64,000 nt of DNA, taken from NCBI RefSeq assembly GCF_009914755.1, contig NC_060927.1. One strand, given 5' to 3'. This stretch comes from the human T2T-CHM13v2.0 reference genome, Homo sapiens. The position numbers were made by a program, and so were the translations under genes. Shown piece by piece: positions 1-12,149 of this stretch. The notes under the pieces were generated by a model, which was not told the DNA's origin, did not search any database, and was given only the letters and a program-made list of their open reading frames with translations. Position 1 is the stretch's first letter. The number at the start of each line of letters is the position of its first letter.

Positions 1-502
1 AAATCAAAGAGAAAAGAGTATTTTCATTGGGCTTATTGCTTCTCAGGGTGAACAAATACAGTGAGTTACAGGCAAGAAAAAAAATGCATGGTGACCCATA
101 CAGCTCCATTACATTTTACAAGGGCGACTAATGATGACATTTACTATTCTCCTATTAAATAGAAACCACAGTATTCCCATTTTACCCCAATATCTCTGAA
201 ATATATTATAGTCTAATACCATGGCTTTATTTTGAAAGTCAAGAATTCTTGCTATTTCTAATGTTTTCCTCCATATCACATAATAATGCATTGAGTGCTG
301 TGACCCCAATACCACTCAAGTCATCATGGGCACTCTCTTTTAGCCTTATTGTTTTCTACCATAAAATGAGGTTACAATATTCTACCCAGGTATAAGTTTA
401 CCTAGACTTGGAAACAAAGAATTCCATGTCAACCTCACTCCAGTTATCTTACTTGTCTTATACATTTGACTGTGTGTATGTCTGTGTGCATATGTGTGCA
501 AA

Positions 503-2834
503 TAGGCATACCTCAGATATATTTGGTTTTAGATCACACCAATAAAGCAAACACCATAATAACACAAGTCATACACATCTTTTTGTTTCCCAGTGCATAT
601 AGAGGTTATATTTATACTATATTGTACACTATTAAGTGTGAAATATCATTCTGTCTAAAAAAAAGCAATATACCTACTTTAATTTAAAAATACATTACTG
701 CTAAAATGCTAATGAGCATTGGAGCATCATTTTAATCTTCTTGCTGGTGGAGCATTTTATCTTGATATTGACAGTTGCCAACTGATTAGAGTGGTGGATG
801 CTAAAGGTTGAGATGGTTGTAGCAAATTTTAAAAATAAAACAACAATGGAGTTTGCCTCATCGATTGACTCTTTCATAAAAGATTTCTTTGTAGCATGTC
901 ATGCTGCTGCTGGAAAGCATTTTACCCACAGTAGAACTTCTTTCAAAATTGGAGTAAATCCCCTAAAACCCTGCCACTGCTTTATAAACTAAGTCTATAT
1001 AATAGTCTCAATCCTTTCTTCTCATTTCAATCATGTTTCCAGCACCTTCACCAGGAATAGTTTCCATCTCAAGAAACCACTTTCTTTGTTCACCCATAAG
1101 AAACAATTCCTTGTCCATTCAACTTTATCGTAATATTGTAGCAGTTCAGTCACATCTTCAGGTTCCGCTTCTAATTTTAGTTCTCAGGCTATGTCTGCCA
1201 CATCTGCACTTACTCCACTGAAATATTGAACCCCTCACAGTCATCTATGAAGGTTTGGAAACAGTTTCTTCCAAACTCTTTTCAATATTGATATTTTGTT
1301 CTCCTTCCATGAATCATGGATATTCTCAATAGCATTTAGAATGATGAATCCTTTCTAGAATATTTTCAAGTTACTTCACTCAGATTCATTAGAGTAATCA
1401 TTAACTATGGCAGCTATAGCCTTGGAAAATGTACTTCTTAAATAAGAAGATTTGAAAGTCAAAATTACACTTTATCCATGGGCTTCAGAATGGATGCTGT
1501 GTTAGTAGGCATGGAAATAACATCAGTCTCCTTGTACTTCTCCATCAGAGTTCTTGAGTGACTATGAGCAGTAATATTTTGAGAGGAATCTTTTTTGAGC
1601 AGAGGGTCTCAACAGTGGGCTTAAAATATTCGGTAAACTATGCCGTAAACAGATGTGCTGTCGTCCAGCCTTTTTGTTCCATTTATAGAGCACAGGCTGA
1701 GTGGAATTAACCTAATTCATCAGAGCTCTAGATTTTCAGAATGGTAAGCGAGCATTAGCTTCAACTTAAAGTCACCCAGCTGCTTTATCCCCTAACAAGA
1801 GTCAGCCTGTCTTTTGAAGCTGTGAAGCCAGTTATTGATGTCTCTCTAGCTAGGAGAGTCCTGGATGGCATCTTCTTCCAATACAGTATAACGCTGCTTT
1901 GTCTTTACTAAAAATATGTTGTTTAGTGTAGCCACCCTCGTCAATGATTTTAGCTAAATCTTCTGCATAGCTTGCTATACAACTTGCTACTTCATCTTGC
2001 ACTTTTATATTATGGCTTCTTACTTTAAAGTTTGTAAACCAGTCTCTGCTAGCTTCAAACTTTTCTTCTGCAGCTTTCCCACCCCTGACAGCCTTCATAG
2101 ATTTAAAAAGAGTTGGGACCTTGCTCTGGATTAGGCTTGGGCTTAAAGCAATATTGTAGCTGGTTTGATCTTCTGTGCAGAACACTAAAACTTTCTCCAT
2201 AGCAGCAATAAGGCTGTTTCACTTACTTGTATGTTCATTGGAGTAGCACTTTTAATTTTCTTCAAGAACTTTTTCTTTATATTCAAAACGTACGTAACTG
2301 GTTGGCACAAAAGACTTAGCTTTCACCCTATCTTGGCTTTAAGCATGCTTTTCTCACTAAGCTTAATCATTTCCAGCTTTGGATTTAAAGTAAGAGACAT
2401 GTAACTCTTCTATTCACTTGAACACCTAGAGACCACTGTAAGATTATTTATTAGCCTGATTTCAAAATTGTGTGTCTCAGGGAATAGGGAGGCCCAAGGA
2501 GAGGAAGAGAGACAAGAGAATGGCTGGCTGGTGGAGAAGTCAGGATGCACACAACATTTATTGACTAAAGTCCCTGTCTTAAATGAGTGCAGTTTGTGGC
2601 ACCCCAAGACAACTACACTAGTAACATCAAAATCACTGATGACAGATCACCACAGATACAATAATGAACACATTTGATATATTGTGAGAATTACCAAAAT
2701 GTGACACAGAGATACTAAATGATCACATGCTGTAGGAAAAAATGGCACCAATAGACTTAACTCAGGGTTGCCACAAACCTTGAATTTATAAAAACTGCAA
2801 TATCTGCAAAGTACAATAAAAGAAGATATGTCTG
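503..2834 (-). mobile_element. Tigger1 DNA transposon (TcMar-Tigger), near full length
   Basis: Terminal inverted repeats TAGGCATACCTC at 503 and GATATGTCTG followed by TA at 2825-2836. About 2.33 kb long, with internal transposase remnants on the minus strand. Confidence 0.92.
1850..2200 (-). pseudogene. Tigger1 transposase remnant (CENP-B-like HTH region leading into the DDE domain)
   Basis: Translation [63 protein letters not shown] matches the Tigger/pogo transposase; the rest of the ORF is broken. Confidence 0.85.
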
Positions 2835-2860
2835 TATATATGTATATATTTATTTACATC

Positions 2861-2896
2861 TGTGTGTGTGTGTATGTGTCTGTGTGTGTGTGTGTG
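2861..2896. repeat. (TG)n microsatellite, imperfect
   Basis: Seen directly in the sequence. Confidence 0.95.
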
Positions 2897-3435
2897 CATG
2901 GGGAGGAGAGAAAAAAAGAAACAGAGACAGAGATTAAAGAGCAAAGAAACAATATAGAAAAGAGAGGCTTAGGATCAATATTTGTGTCTATGCTTATATC
3001 TGTTTAGTTGTGTATACACATAAACATACCCACCTATAATTTCACTGTGGCAGAAAACCAAAACCAACAATGATTACACCAACATGACAGGAAAATGTTC
3101 TGAAACGAAACATTTTTTCTTTACCTTTACATGGGCACAGGGTGAAAAAACACAACACATTTAATCCAAGAATATTGCCATTTTGTTTGTTCAATGTGAG
3201 CATTGCAAAGAAGGTAGAATTATGCTCACATGAATATGTCACATGAACATTTGCCAGTTTGATCTTTGCGCAGTGCAAATGTTTCATGAATTAATGTCAA
3301 CTCTTGTTCTTTTCCAGATGTTGTCAAATTCCTGTCATTTTTTAAAAAAAAATCAGCTATTTAACAAGGGGAAAAACACCGTAGCACGGGGTATAATTTT
3401 GGAAATAAAAACAGCCCTTAATGATAGCTGTGGGG

Positions 3436-3436
3436 T

Positions 3437-3496
<60 letters not shown>

Positions 3497-3528
3497 GAGA
3501 GAGAGACAGAGAGAGAGACAGAAAGAGA
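3436..3528. repeat. Compound (TG)n(GA)n microsatellite with GACA interruptions
   Basis: Seen directly. It explains the low-complexity ORFs 3243..3548 and 3353..3559. Confidence 0.97.
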
Positions 3529-4689
3529 TGCAGGGAGGTAAAAGATGAAGACTAATCACATTAAAGAGTATTTCATATCACGAAAATACATACCGTTTTT
3601 GTAACAATAGCTGCCTGATTTTGAGGCCTCAGAAAGAGATTTATTTAAAAGGGTCTAGACTGCAACAAAACAAATGGATCAAGTTCTTGGCTGCTCCTTA
3701 ATGCTCATTGAGCAAAATGAGTCAGATTTAGAGCAGTTGATCAAGAGATTTAAAGGGCATTTGTCTTATCTCAGGCAATATAAATCTGTGGACAATGTAA
3801 AATAATATTAGTAAATATTTTGTTAACTTTAATAACATTTTCCTTTGGGAATCATAACCAGAATCTATCATTTACTCTATAAACAGAAGGATAATCTATT
3901 GAGGTACTTACTTATATTTTGTTTTCATTATTATGGTAGGTGAAAAATAACAGAAAGTGTCATCTCTCTCAAATCCCTCTGAACTTTCTGGAAGAGATTT
4001 TGACTTCTCACTATGAAAAGAAGCTCATAATGTATATTTAAGACCCAAAGCAGCCACTGCCAGACATGCCAAATACAGCAATTCATGGAGGCTTTAGTTG
4101 CAAGGGAAAGGGAAGAAAGAGTTCTTCGGATATGGAACACAAAGGTGGGCCAACTATGGCAGAAGAACATTTTTGACGGTTTCTCTAAGATTGGGAAAGA
4201 AACAAGTTTGATGGGTTTTCTGTGAATGGGAGACATACGACCAGTTCCGCTGCAGTGCTTCTTCAAGATACAGGACCATTTATGGGATGACAAAGTATCC
4301 CCAAGTATACAGAGTAGAAGTGGAGTCACCAGAAATGGCCATGGCCCGGGACCTGGGGTAAAAATTCTCCATAGTTGAGATAAGCCTAAAAACAGCTGAA
4401 CTTCTCTCTTGCATGAAATTATAAATACTGGAATTTTGAGTAGATCATCGGTGTCAAATATGGAATGAAGATGGATGCCCTTCCTTGTGCATTCTTGAAT
4501 GCTGAGTCCATAAAATTTGAATATTCTTGAATAGGGGAAGAGATTCCATAGCTCACGACTGTGATTGAATTTTCCACTGGCTGATCCATTCAGGATATCT
4601 TACCTGTTCTATGTGAGTTAATAAAAGAAAGGACTGTGACATTTTTCACAATGGAAATGTGAAGTAAAATTTATAGCAGTTACAGCATT

Positions 4690-5230
4690 TATTTTGCATC
4701 CAGGCAGATTTATGAGAGTAATGCTATAAATTAGATGTTCCCTTCACTAAAGGAGTTTACATTGTAGTGGAAGATGAATCATCGATTGCCATATTGAGTT
4801 ACTGGGTCACTAATAAAACAGAGGTCAGTTCAAAGAGCTATGGAGTGAGCTGGAGACAGGTGAGGAAGAAAAACTTTCTCAGGTGAGGCAAAATGAGATG
4901 AATCTTGAATGATGACTAGATGTATTGCAAAGTCATTCATGGGAATAAGACATACAAATCTTGAGTAAGCTGAAGGAAAAGATGAACTCTTTGGGCAGTG
5001 GAGTTGAAGTTGCTTTTGGGTTATACAGAGAAGGATCTTCAGCAGGCAGGTAGGTGTTTAGGTCTGTAGGTCAAGGGAAAGGTGAGAACTAGAGCTATGG
5101 GTGAGTTATCAATATATCCTGTCAATATCAAGGATATCAGTGATGCTGGAAGTCGTAAGAGTACTTGAAGTGGTCCAAGCAAAAGGGGTCCACTGAGAGA
5201 AATTTCCCTGCGGAAGACTTACACTTAAAG
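4690..5230 (-). mobile_element. L2 LINE relic
   Basis: Degenerate L2-like motifs (aaggagtttacattgtagtggaaga; gcaggtaggtgtttaggtctgtagg). Boundaries approximate. Confidence 0.45.
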
Positions 5231-5489
5231 ATTATAGTATTAGGTGCCTTGACACTCTGAGATTCTGCAGGGTGAACTGAATCTCTCCACACCTTTGTCC
5301 AATTTTGCACATACTTTAGCTTGTGTTTTTATCCTCCTTGCCAAATCTTCCACTGCTTTTATTTTTCCACATCTTATTGAGATTTCTTATTCACTGATGT
5401 TCCAATTCAGATTTGTTTAGATTTACAGGTTGATACTTTTACACTCCTTTATGTAATAAAGAGTCTTTTTTTAAATTTTTGATGACAAC

Positions 5490-5542
5490 TTTTTATTTTA
5501 TTTTATTATTATTATACTTTAAGTTTTAGGGTACATGTGCAC
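5490..5542 (-). mobile_element. Very short L1PA 3' tail (about 50 bp)
   Basis: TTATTATTATACTTTAAGTTTTAGGGTACATGTGCAC is the reverse complement of the young L1PA 3' end plus A-rich tail. Confidence 0.85.
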
Positions 5543-5880
5543 TTTTAAGCCTCATTCCTCTTGCCCTTCTGCCCCACATCTGGGCAATATGATAAGAAAG
5601 CCTGGGTGTTCCTTCCTTTGCCACTGAGGTGAAGTTCAAACCATGTGCAGGTACCCTAACCTCACTTCCACTCTTAAACAATAAAAACTCCAAGCCAGTC
5701 TCTTTTTTCTGATCTCTCAAGCCACTTTCAGATCATTTGGGAGCCACCTTGAACTCCTCTGAAAGTCTCATTATGTAAGTAAAAAGCCTTTGCATACTCT
5801 CTTGGTGTGTGCGTGTGGTGCCATCAAAGTCAACATCTGAACCAGGTTTTGGGGAGTTGTCCATCTTGTCTCAATGAGGC
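5543..5880 (+). mobile_element. Partial ERVL-class LTR (MER54/MER74/LTR53-like), 3' part
   Basis: Recalled similarity: aataaaaactccaagccagtctc..tctcaagcca..cattatgtaagtaaaaagcctt..tcttggtgtgtgcgtgtgg. Confidence 0.5.
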
Positions 5881-7089
5881 AGATAAAATACTTCACTAAC
5901 ATTTTAATCAGATCTTTGTATAGAGAGGAAATACATTCAGATGCCCAAACCACCACTTTAATGGATGCCTTTCTGATGCCACTAACTCCAGGTCTCTGGG
6001 TTGTGAATGATAAAATAATGATGCAAGCATATTTGTTCACCACCTGACACAAAGCTTTATTGGGATTCCAGGTGGGCAGGAGTCACCATAAATGTATGTT
6101 TTTATATTATAGTTTGATCAGTGGGAAAGGCAGTTTTCTCAATTTATGGGCTATACAGATGAGAGTTCAAATGAGAATGTGAGAAGGGAACATATTCATA
6201 GATTAGGATGATCAGCTGCTGTGTGTGCAACTCTTGTTCTTCCAGATATTTTTTATTTGAAGGAGCCACAGACTAATCAGCATAGCCCTGAAATGTGTTC
6301 TTTAGGCCCTAGAAGTTACACAACATCTATTCTTTATCCCCACATTGACATTTTACCTAACAGAATCCAGTATGATCAGGAGGCAGAGAAATACGCAGAG
6401 TTAACACATTTAGAAAGGTGCTCATGAGTTGGGTGGGACTAAAGCAACTCAGAACCCAAATATATCCTTGATATTGACAGTGTCTCTGCAATTCCAGAAT
6501 GATAAACTGAGGGGTCCCAGACTTGGCTTATTAAACCTGTCTAAATTTTCACATCCTCTGACAGGTATAATAAGCTACTCTTTTTGAAAAACTTTTTTTC
6601 TAGAAGTGCGAAGATATAAATATAGCAGTGGAATGTCTGAAGAGACCCAGTACAGTCTTGGGTAGGAATCCCACTCAGTTTAAGTGGTACCAGATGCACC
6701 ACTTAGTTAGCAATGTTCAGATTCAATCCACATATAAAAGGGACAGTAACCTTGCTCTTATAAGCACTGTATTGCAACTAAGGTAAATTAACCAGTCTGA
6801 ATTTCCAAATCATGTATTTCCTAGCTCCTTAGAACCAAGACTCTACTGTGGGTCTCCAGATTAAGACAACATCCTATAATAGTAATGAGTGTGCTTTATG
6901 CTGATCTAACTAGCTGCATTCATAGGGGAAAGCATATTGGAAAACTAAAACCTGTTGAAAGAGAATCTCAATAAAAGCGAGGTTATGTGGGCTATCACTA
7001 AGGGATTATCCCCCAAATCTCATTTAATGTGGCCTTTATTTTTTATAATGAAGTCTACAAATTTAAAGCTACATGAAAGCCTCTTGGCT

Positions 7090-7550
7090 TAAAACTGGTA
7101 CAGGGATGAGAGAAAGGCAGAGCTTAGTCTAAAGAAATAGGAAAGATCCGATTGCTAATGGCCTTGAATGTTAGTTTTAAACGTCTATAATTAATTTGTA
7201 GCAAATGGATGGGTGGAGGGTAGCTTAGAAAATTAAAGCAAAACAGTGGCATGGTTATGATAGAATTAAGAAAAATAACTATGTTGCTCCATATAAAATA
7301 TCTGCTTAGAAAGGATTGAAAGTGGAAGCCAGGAGATCAGATGGGTGCCCCTGACAACAATCAAGCCAAGAGATGTTGAAAGTTTGACCCAAAGCAGTGG
7401 CATTTGAGATGGGAAAGAAGGGGTGAACTGGATATATATTTGGCGAGGAGTTTGACTTGAGTTTGACTGTGGATCGTTGGCAAAAAGAGCAGTATGAGAA
7501 TGAATTCTAGATTTCTGGCCTGTAACAATGAGTGAATAATTATACCACCA
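7090..7550 (-). mobile_element. L2 LINE relic
   Basis: L2-like motifs (gtggaagccaggagatcag; caagccaagagatg; ggatatatatttgg; tagatttctggcctgtaacaa). Confidence 0.6.
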
Positions 7551-7555
7551 ATAGA

Positions 7556-7556
<1 letters not shown>

Positions 7557-7586
<30 letters not shown>
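7557..7586. repeat. (GA)n microsatellite
   Basis: Seen directly. Confidence 0.95.
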
Positions 7587-7589
<3 letters not shown>

Positions 7590-7614
7590 TTGGTTTATTT
7601 AAAAAAACCTAAAA

Positions 7615-7835
7615 GTAATAGTTACGATATATCAAATGATTTTGGGTGCCAGACAATCGGTAAAGTCTTTTACATAGTTACTTTTATTTAATCCTCACAA
7701 TATCCCTGTGGGGGATGGATTATTTCCCAATTTTACAGTTAAACTAAAGTTTAGCAAGATTGATTACTTCCCTGAGGTCACCAGTTAATAAATTGTGCAT
7801 ACAGGTTTCACATACAAATTTGTCTGATTTTTAAA
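7615..7835 (-). mobile_element. MIR SINE
   Basis: MIR core in reverse: tttaatcctcacaa..cccaattttacag..aaactaaag..gaggtcac. Confidence 0.7.
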
Positions 7836-10065
7836 GCAGTTTTGATTTCTGCAATTCCACCAGTGATAACGAGTTATTTTATGAGTATGTAGCAGAGGTA
7901 CTTGTCCTGCTCTAACTGCTGCTCATTAATTAATTCATTTATTCAGCAAAATTCATTTATTCAGCAATAATTACAACAAAAATATATAGACAATATCTTT
8001 TTTCAGACTGTTTCAACTAGGGAAAACAGATTTCTATTAAGTTGTTATATTTTGCCTGCAGTATCCTTTCATTAATGTGCTTTCCACTCTGTTCTGATGA
8101 ATTATTACAAATCAGTGTTAGCTATTATGGGTACTAATAACAGTAGCATGTGTACTAGTAATAGACATCCAAACCTGAGTGTGATACTCATATTTAAAAT
8201 TCCCCATTTATAGTAAAAATTATAAATCCTCTGTAATATCATCTTCTAGTCCATATTGGACACTAATATGAGGTTTTGTAACAGCAAAGACTGGTGACTT
8301 CTCCAGAGCCGCATGCCAGATCAGCGATATCCACAACTCCTAAAATTTATTCAAGATTAATTTTAGGGATATCACAGACTTAGTTAACTTCACAAGAACA
8401 TCTGGCAAAGAGGGCGAATTGCAGCTGAAATCTAGTCCAATTTCCCCTTGCCAAGCGTCAGTCCATAGTTCCTTTTCCACAGTTTCATTGTTCCTTTTTC
8501 ACTGTCTGCTCCCTCAAGCCACACATCGATGCAGCTGTGTCCCACCAAATGGAGGGAGTGTTATTCCAAATTCCCACAAAATTGCCTTGTAGGCTAGGGG
8601 TGACCACAGCTGGTTTGGGTGCCTACTTGTGGACCCTGACTACAGTTTGTGAATGAAGAAGTACAGTCAGTACTGCAGTTTACCCAAGATTTGCTTTTTA
8701 AAAGAAAACATTCTAAGTATGGATAAAAATACATTTGCCTTTCGACTATTTACAAGTTTTCAGGTGTAACTAAATGGATAGGGATGAAAAAAAATAGGAT
8801 TAAAGAGGCAGAATGAAGCATGTTACTTTACATGCCATCACATTTCTCCTAATTATTATCAATAATAACAAGAATGTCACATCGTTATGTCTGTTCTCTG
8901 TATATCTATAATATCTTCGCTACTATTTAAAGACTACAAATGAATCATGGCTTGGAACTTCACAGTGGGAGAATTGTGAGGGCTTTATCACATCATGCCC
9001 TGAATGAAAAAAAAAAATGCTTTCATCTTATTGTTAAAAAAAAAGAGTGCCTAAGTCTGTCTGAATTCATGTTCTCATGGCAACATATTCTGAGACTAAA
9101 GGCTGCACCAAAATAGTACAAAACATCTGGAGGTGACATTATAAAGGGGTCAGTGTTTGACCACCAGCCAATGGAAAAAAGTTATATATATAGAAAATAT
9201 ATTCTATGTATCCCATTGGATGTATTTTCTCCTTTTACTCATGCCTCTCTGCTGGAGTTCCATATTCCTGATTTTCTCACTGTTGCCCTTCATGACCATG
9301 AAACCTTTGTTCACCCATCCATTCCCATTTCTTTCAAGTACTCTTTGAAGTTTATTAAAGCCACTTCTCTCACAGTCGTTTTAGATTTTCCCTTAAGTAG
9401 CCTCTAAATCTGCAAGTCCCTGACCTTGGTCATTCTGGTTACTCTAAAGTGGTGCCTGTAGATAACAGATATTCCAATGACTATATCTAGCTTAATGATT
9501 CTCAAATTATTCACATGGGCAGTCAGTATCATGAGGTCCTTGGGGAGTCATCATGAAGATGACTAAAAATTCAAATAAATGGTGAGAGTCACAATTCGGA
9601 TGTTTTAGATGGATCGGATGTGAATGCTTTAAGCTTGAAAAGTCAAGCTCCTATGGTTAATGGGGAAATTGCTCTTTTATTAGATACCATGGAGACGGAA
9701 ACTGGGGAAATTAGTGACTTTTGCTTCTGGTGATGGCAGTCTAAGAAAATTAGACCAACCATATTGCTGAGGACAATTAGAATCACTGGAAATAAAGCCT
9801 GTTTAAAGACACTGGATTGATAGCAAGGCTATGAAGAATTCCCAGAAAAAAAGACCTAGAAAAACATGAAGCCCAGAGAGGTCAGACTGCCATTTGAGGT
9901 TGCTTTTCTTCTAAAGTCCTCTGCAGAATTTAGAAGACAGAGAAACTGAGAAGGTGAGCAGTACATCTGACAACCTCATGGGTTTGGGGGGGAGGTGGGG
10001 GCAGGGATAAAAATTGGATTACCAACTTGCCAAGTATAACATTTCACATTTTGGATTAGAATAAA

Positions 10066-10258
10066 GGTAGGCAAACTTTTCCTATAAACAATCAGGTAGC
10101 AATGATTTTGCCTTTGCAGGCCATACCATTTCTGTTGCAACTACTTAAATTTGTTATGTAACTACTCAAATTTGTTATTGTAACATGAAATTAGCTGTAG
10201 ATGATTCATAAATGTGTGTGCCTATGTCCCAATGAAACTTTATTGCAATACCAGGCAC
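10066..10258 (+). mobile_element. MER58A-like hAT-Charlie DNA element
   Basis: ggcaaactttt..ctttgcaggccata..tctgttgcaactact..aatgaaactttatt. Contains a short internal tandem duplication (aactactYaaatttgtta x2). Confidence 0.7.
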
Positions 10259-10451
10259 TAGGGCTTCTTCCCAACAAAGAGACATAACCTAGGAAAGGAA
10301 AACTGGAAATAGAAGTGCTTTTACATGGACTACATCTCAGCTTCAATTCACATCAATCCCTGAAATTAGACTAAAGTGACCACGATTATTGTGATTCTAG
10401 GCACTTGCCAGATATAAATTCAAATCATAACTAGAGGAAGATATAGCCTTC

Positions 10452-12140
10452 ACAGTTCCCCCCAATAGTAACATCTTGTATAATTATAGTACAATATCAT
10501 AACCATGAAATTGACAATGTTACAATCCACTCACTTATTCAGACATCACCAGTTTTACATGCACTCATTGTGCATGTATTCATTTATCATGTGTGTTCAT
10601 TATAATATTATCACATGTGCAATTACATGTGACCACTGCCACAGTCAAGATACAGAAAAGTTCCATCGAAAGTATTTTTCATGTCATCCTCTTATAGGCA
10701 CATCCACCTTACTCCCTCACTCCTCCCCACTCCCTGGCAACCACTAATTGTTCTCCATCTCTATAATTTTGTCATTTGTAAAAATTACGTGAGTGGGGTC
10801 ATATAGTATGTAACTGTATTAGGTTTTCAGGGCTGTCATAACAAAATACCCCAGACTGGATAGCTTAAAAAAAAAGAAATATATTAGCTGACAGTTCTGG
10901 AGGCTAGAAGTCCAGGACAAAAGTCTTGGCAGGTTTGAATTCTCCTGAAGCCTATCTTCTTTGCTTGAATATTGCTACCTTCTAGCTGTGTTCTCATCTG
11001 GTCATTCCTCTGTGCAGATGCACGCCTGATGTCTCTTCCTTTTCTTGTAAAGACACTAGTCATATTGGATTACAGTCCCACCCTAATGGTCACATTTTAA
11101 CTTAATCACCTCTTTAAGACCTTGTCTCCCAACAGGGTCACATTTTGAGGAACTGGGGCTTGGGACTTTACCATACACATATGGGAGGGTCACAGTTCAG
11201 CCCATAACAGTGGCCTTTTGAGATTGGCTTTTTTACTTAGCACAATGACATTGAGATCCATCCAAGTGGGTGTGTGTATCAATAGTTTGTTCCTTTTATT
11301 GATGAGCAGTATTCTACACTATGCGTGTAGCACAATATTTTTGACCATTCACCACTTAAAGGACATTGGGTTGTTTATAGTTTTGAGCTATTACAAATAA
11401 AGCTGCTATAAACACTCAGTGCATGTTTTGGCATGAATATAAGTATTTGTTTTCCTGAGATCAATATCCAAGATCAATTTCTGAGTGTTTGTGGTAAGCA
11501 CATGTTTAGGTTTAAGAAGCATATTTAGTGGGTAAGAAACTGTCATATTTTTTCCCAGAGTGTCCGTACCATTTTCCATGTCAAACAGCAATATTTGAGT
11601 GATCTAGTTTCTCCAAACACTCACCAAAATGCCATGTTATCAATGTTTAATTTTATAATTTTGCTAATATGTTGTGGTTTTAATTTTTTATTTCTCTAAT
11701 GTCTAATAATATTGAACATCTTTTCATATGATTACTTGTCATCTGTATATACTTCAGTGAAATGTCTGTTAATGTATTGTGTTCATTTCTTACTGGGTTG
11801 CTTGCTTGAGTTTTTATAATTCTTTATATATTCTAGATATTAGTTATTTGTTGGATATGTGGTTTGCAACAATTTTCTCGTTGTTGATAGCTTGTCATTG
11901 CAACCTCTTCATGGAGTCTCCTACAGATCAAAAGTTTTAAATTTTGATAAAGTAAAATGTATCAATTTTTCTTTTTTTCAGAACTTGTTTTTCATGTCAA
12001 ATATAAGAAATCTTTCCTGGGCTCTGAAGATTTACTCCTGTGTATTTTTCCAAAAGTTTTAAAGTTGGTAAAAAGTTACATTTTACAGTTAATGGGTTCT
12101 ATTTTGAGTGCATTTTTGTGTAAGATAGAGAGTTTAGTTT
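10452..12140 (-). mobile_element. Old L1 (L1MC/L1MD-like) 3' region, interrupted by an MLT1 LTR
   Basis: L1M 3' UTR and ORF2 antisense motifs (cccaatagtaacatcttg; ccctggcaaccactaat; gctattacaaataaagctgctataaac). Confidence 0.7.
10815..11209 (-). mobile_element. MaLR solo LTR (MLT1B-like)
   Basis: TG...CA ends (tgtattagg...cagcccataaca), acagttctggaggctagaagtcc motif, degenerate 5-bp TSD gtaac/gtggc. Confidence 0.8.
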
Positions 12141-12149
12141 AAGGATCAT

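Noticed and set aside
3243-3559. ORFs with CVCV/RERE and SLSL/THTH runs
   Set aside because: They are translations of the (TG)n(GA)n microsatellite.
3931-4329. 132-aa minus-strand ORF in non-repeat sequence
   Set aside because: It starts at GTG, I recognise no protein in any of the six frames, and no exon structure supports it. Consistent with a chance ORF.
3298-6247. Similar strings caactcttgttcttttccagat (3298) and caactcttgttcttccagat (6228), both acceptor-like
   Set aside because: Short, pyrimidine-rich and gapped, so compatible with chance. No matching donors or reading frame found.
9715-10450. Possible old L1 5' region flanking the MER58A-like element
   Set aside because: Too degenerate to assign by eye.
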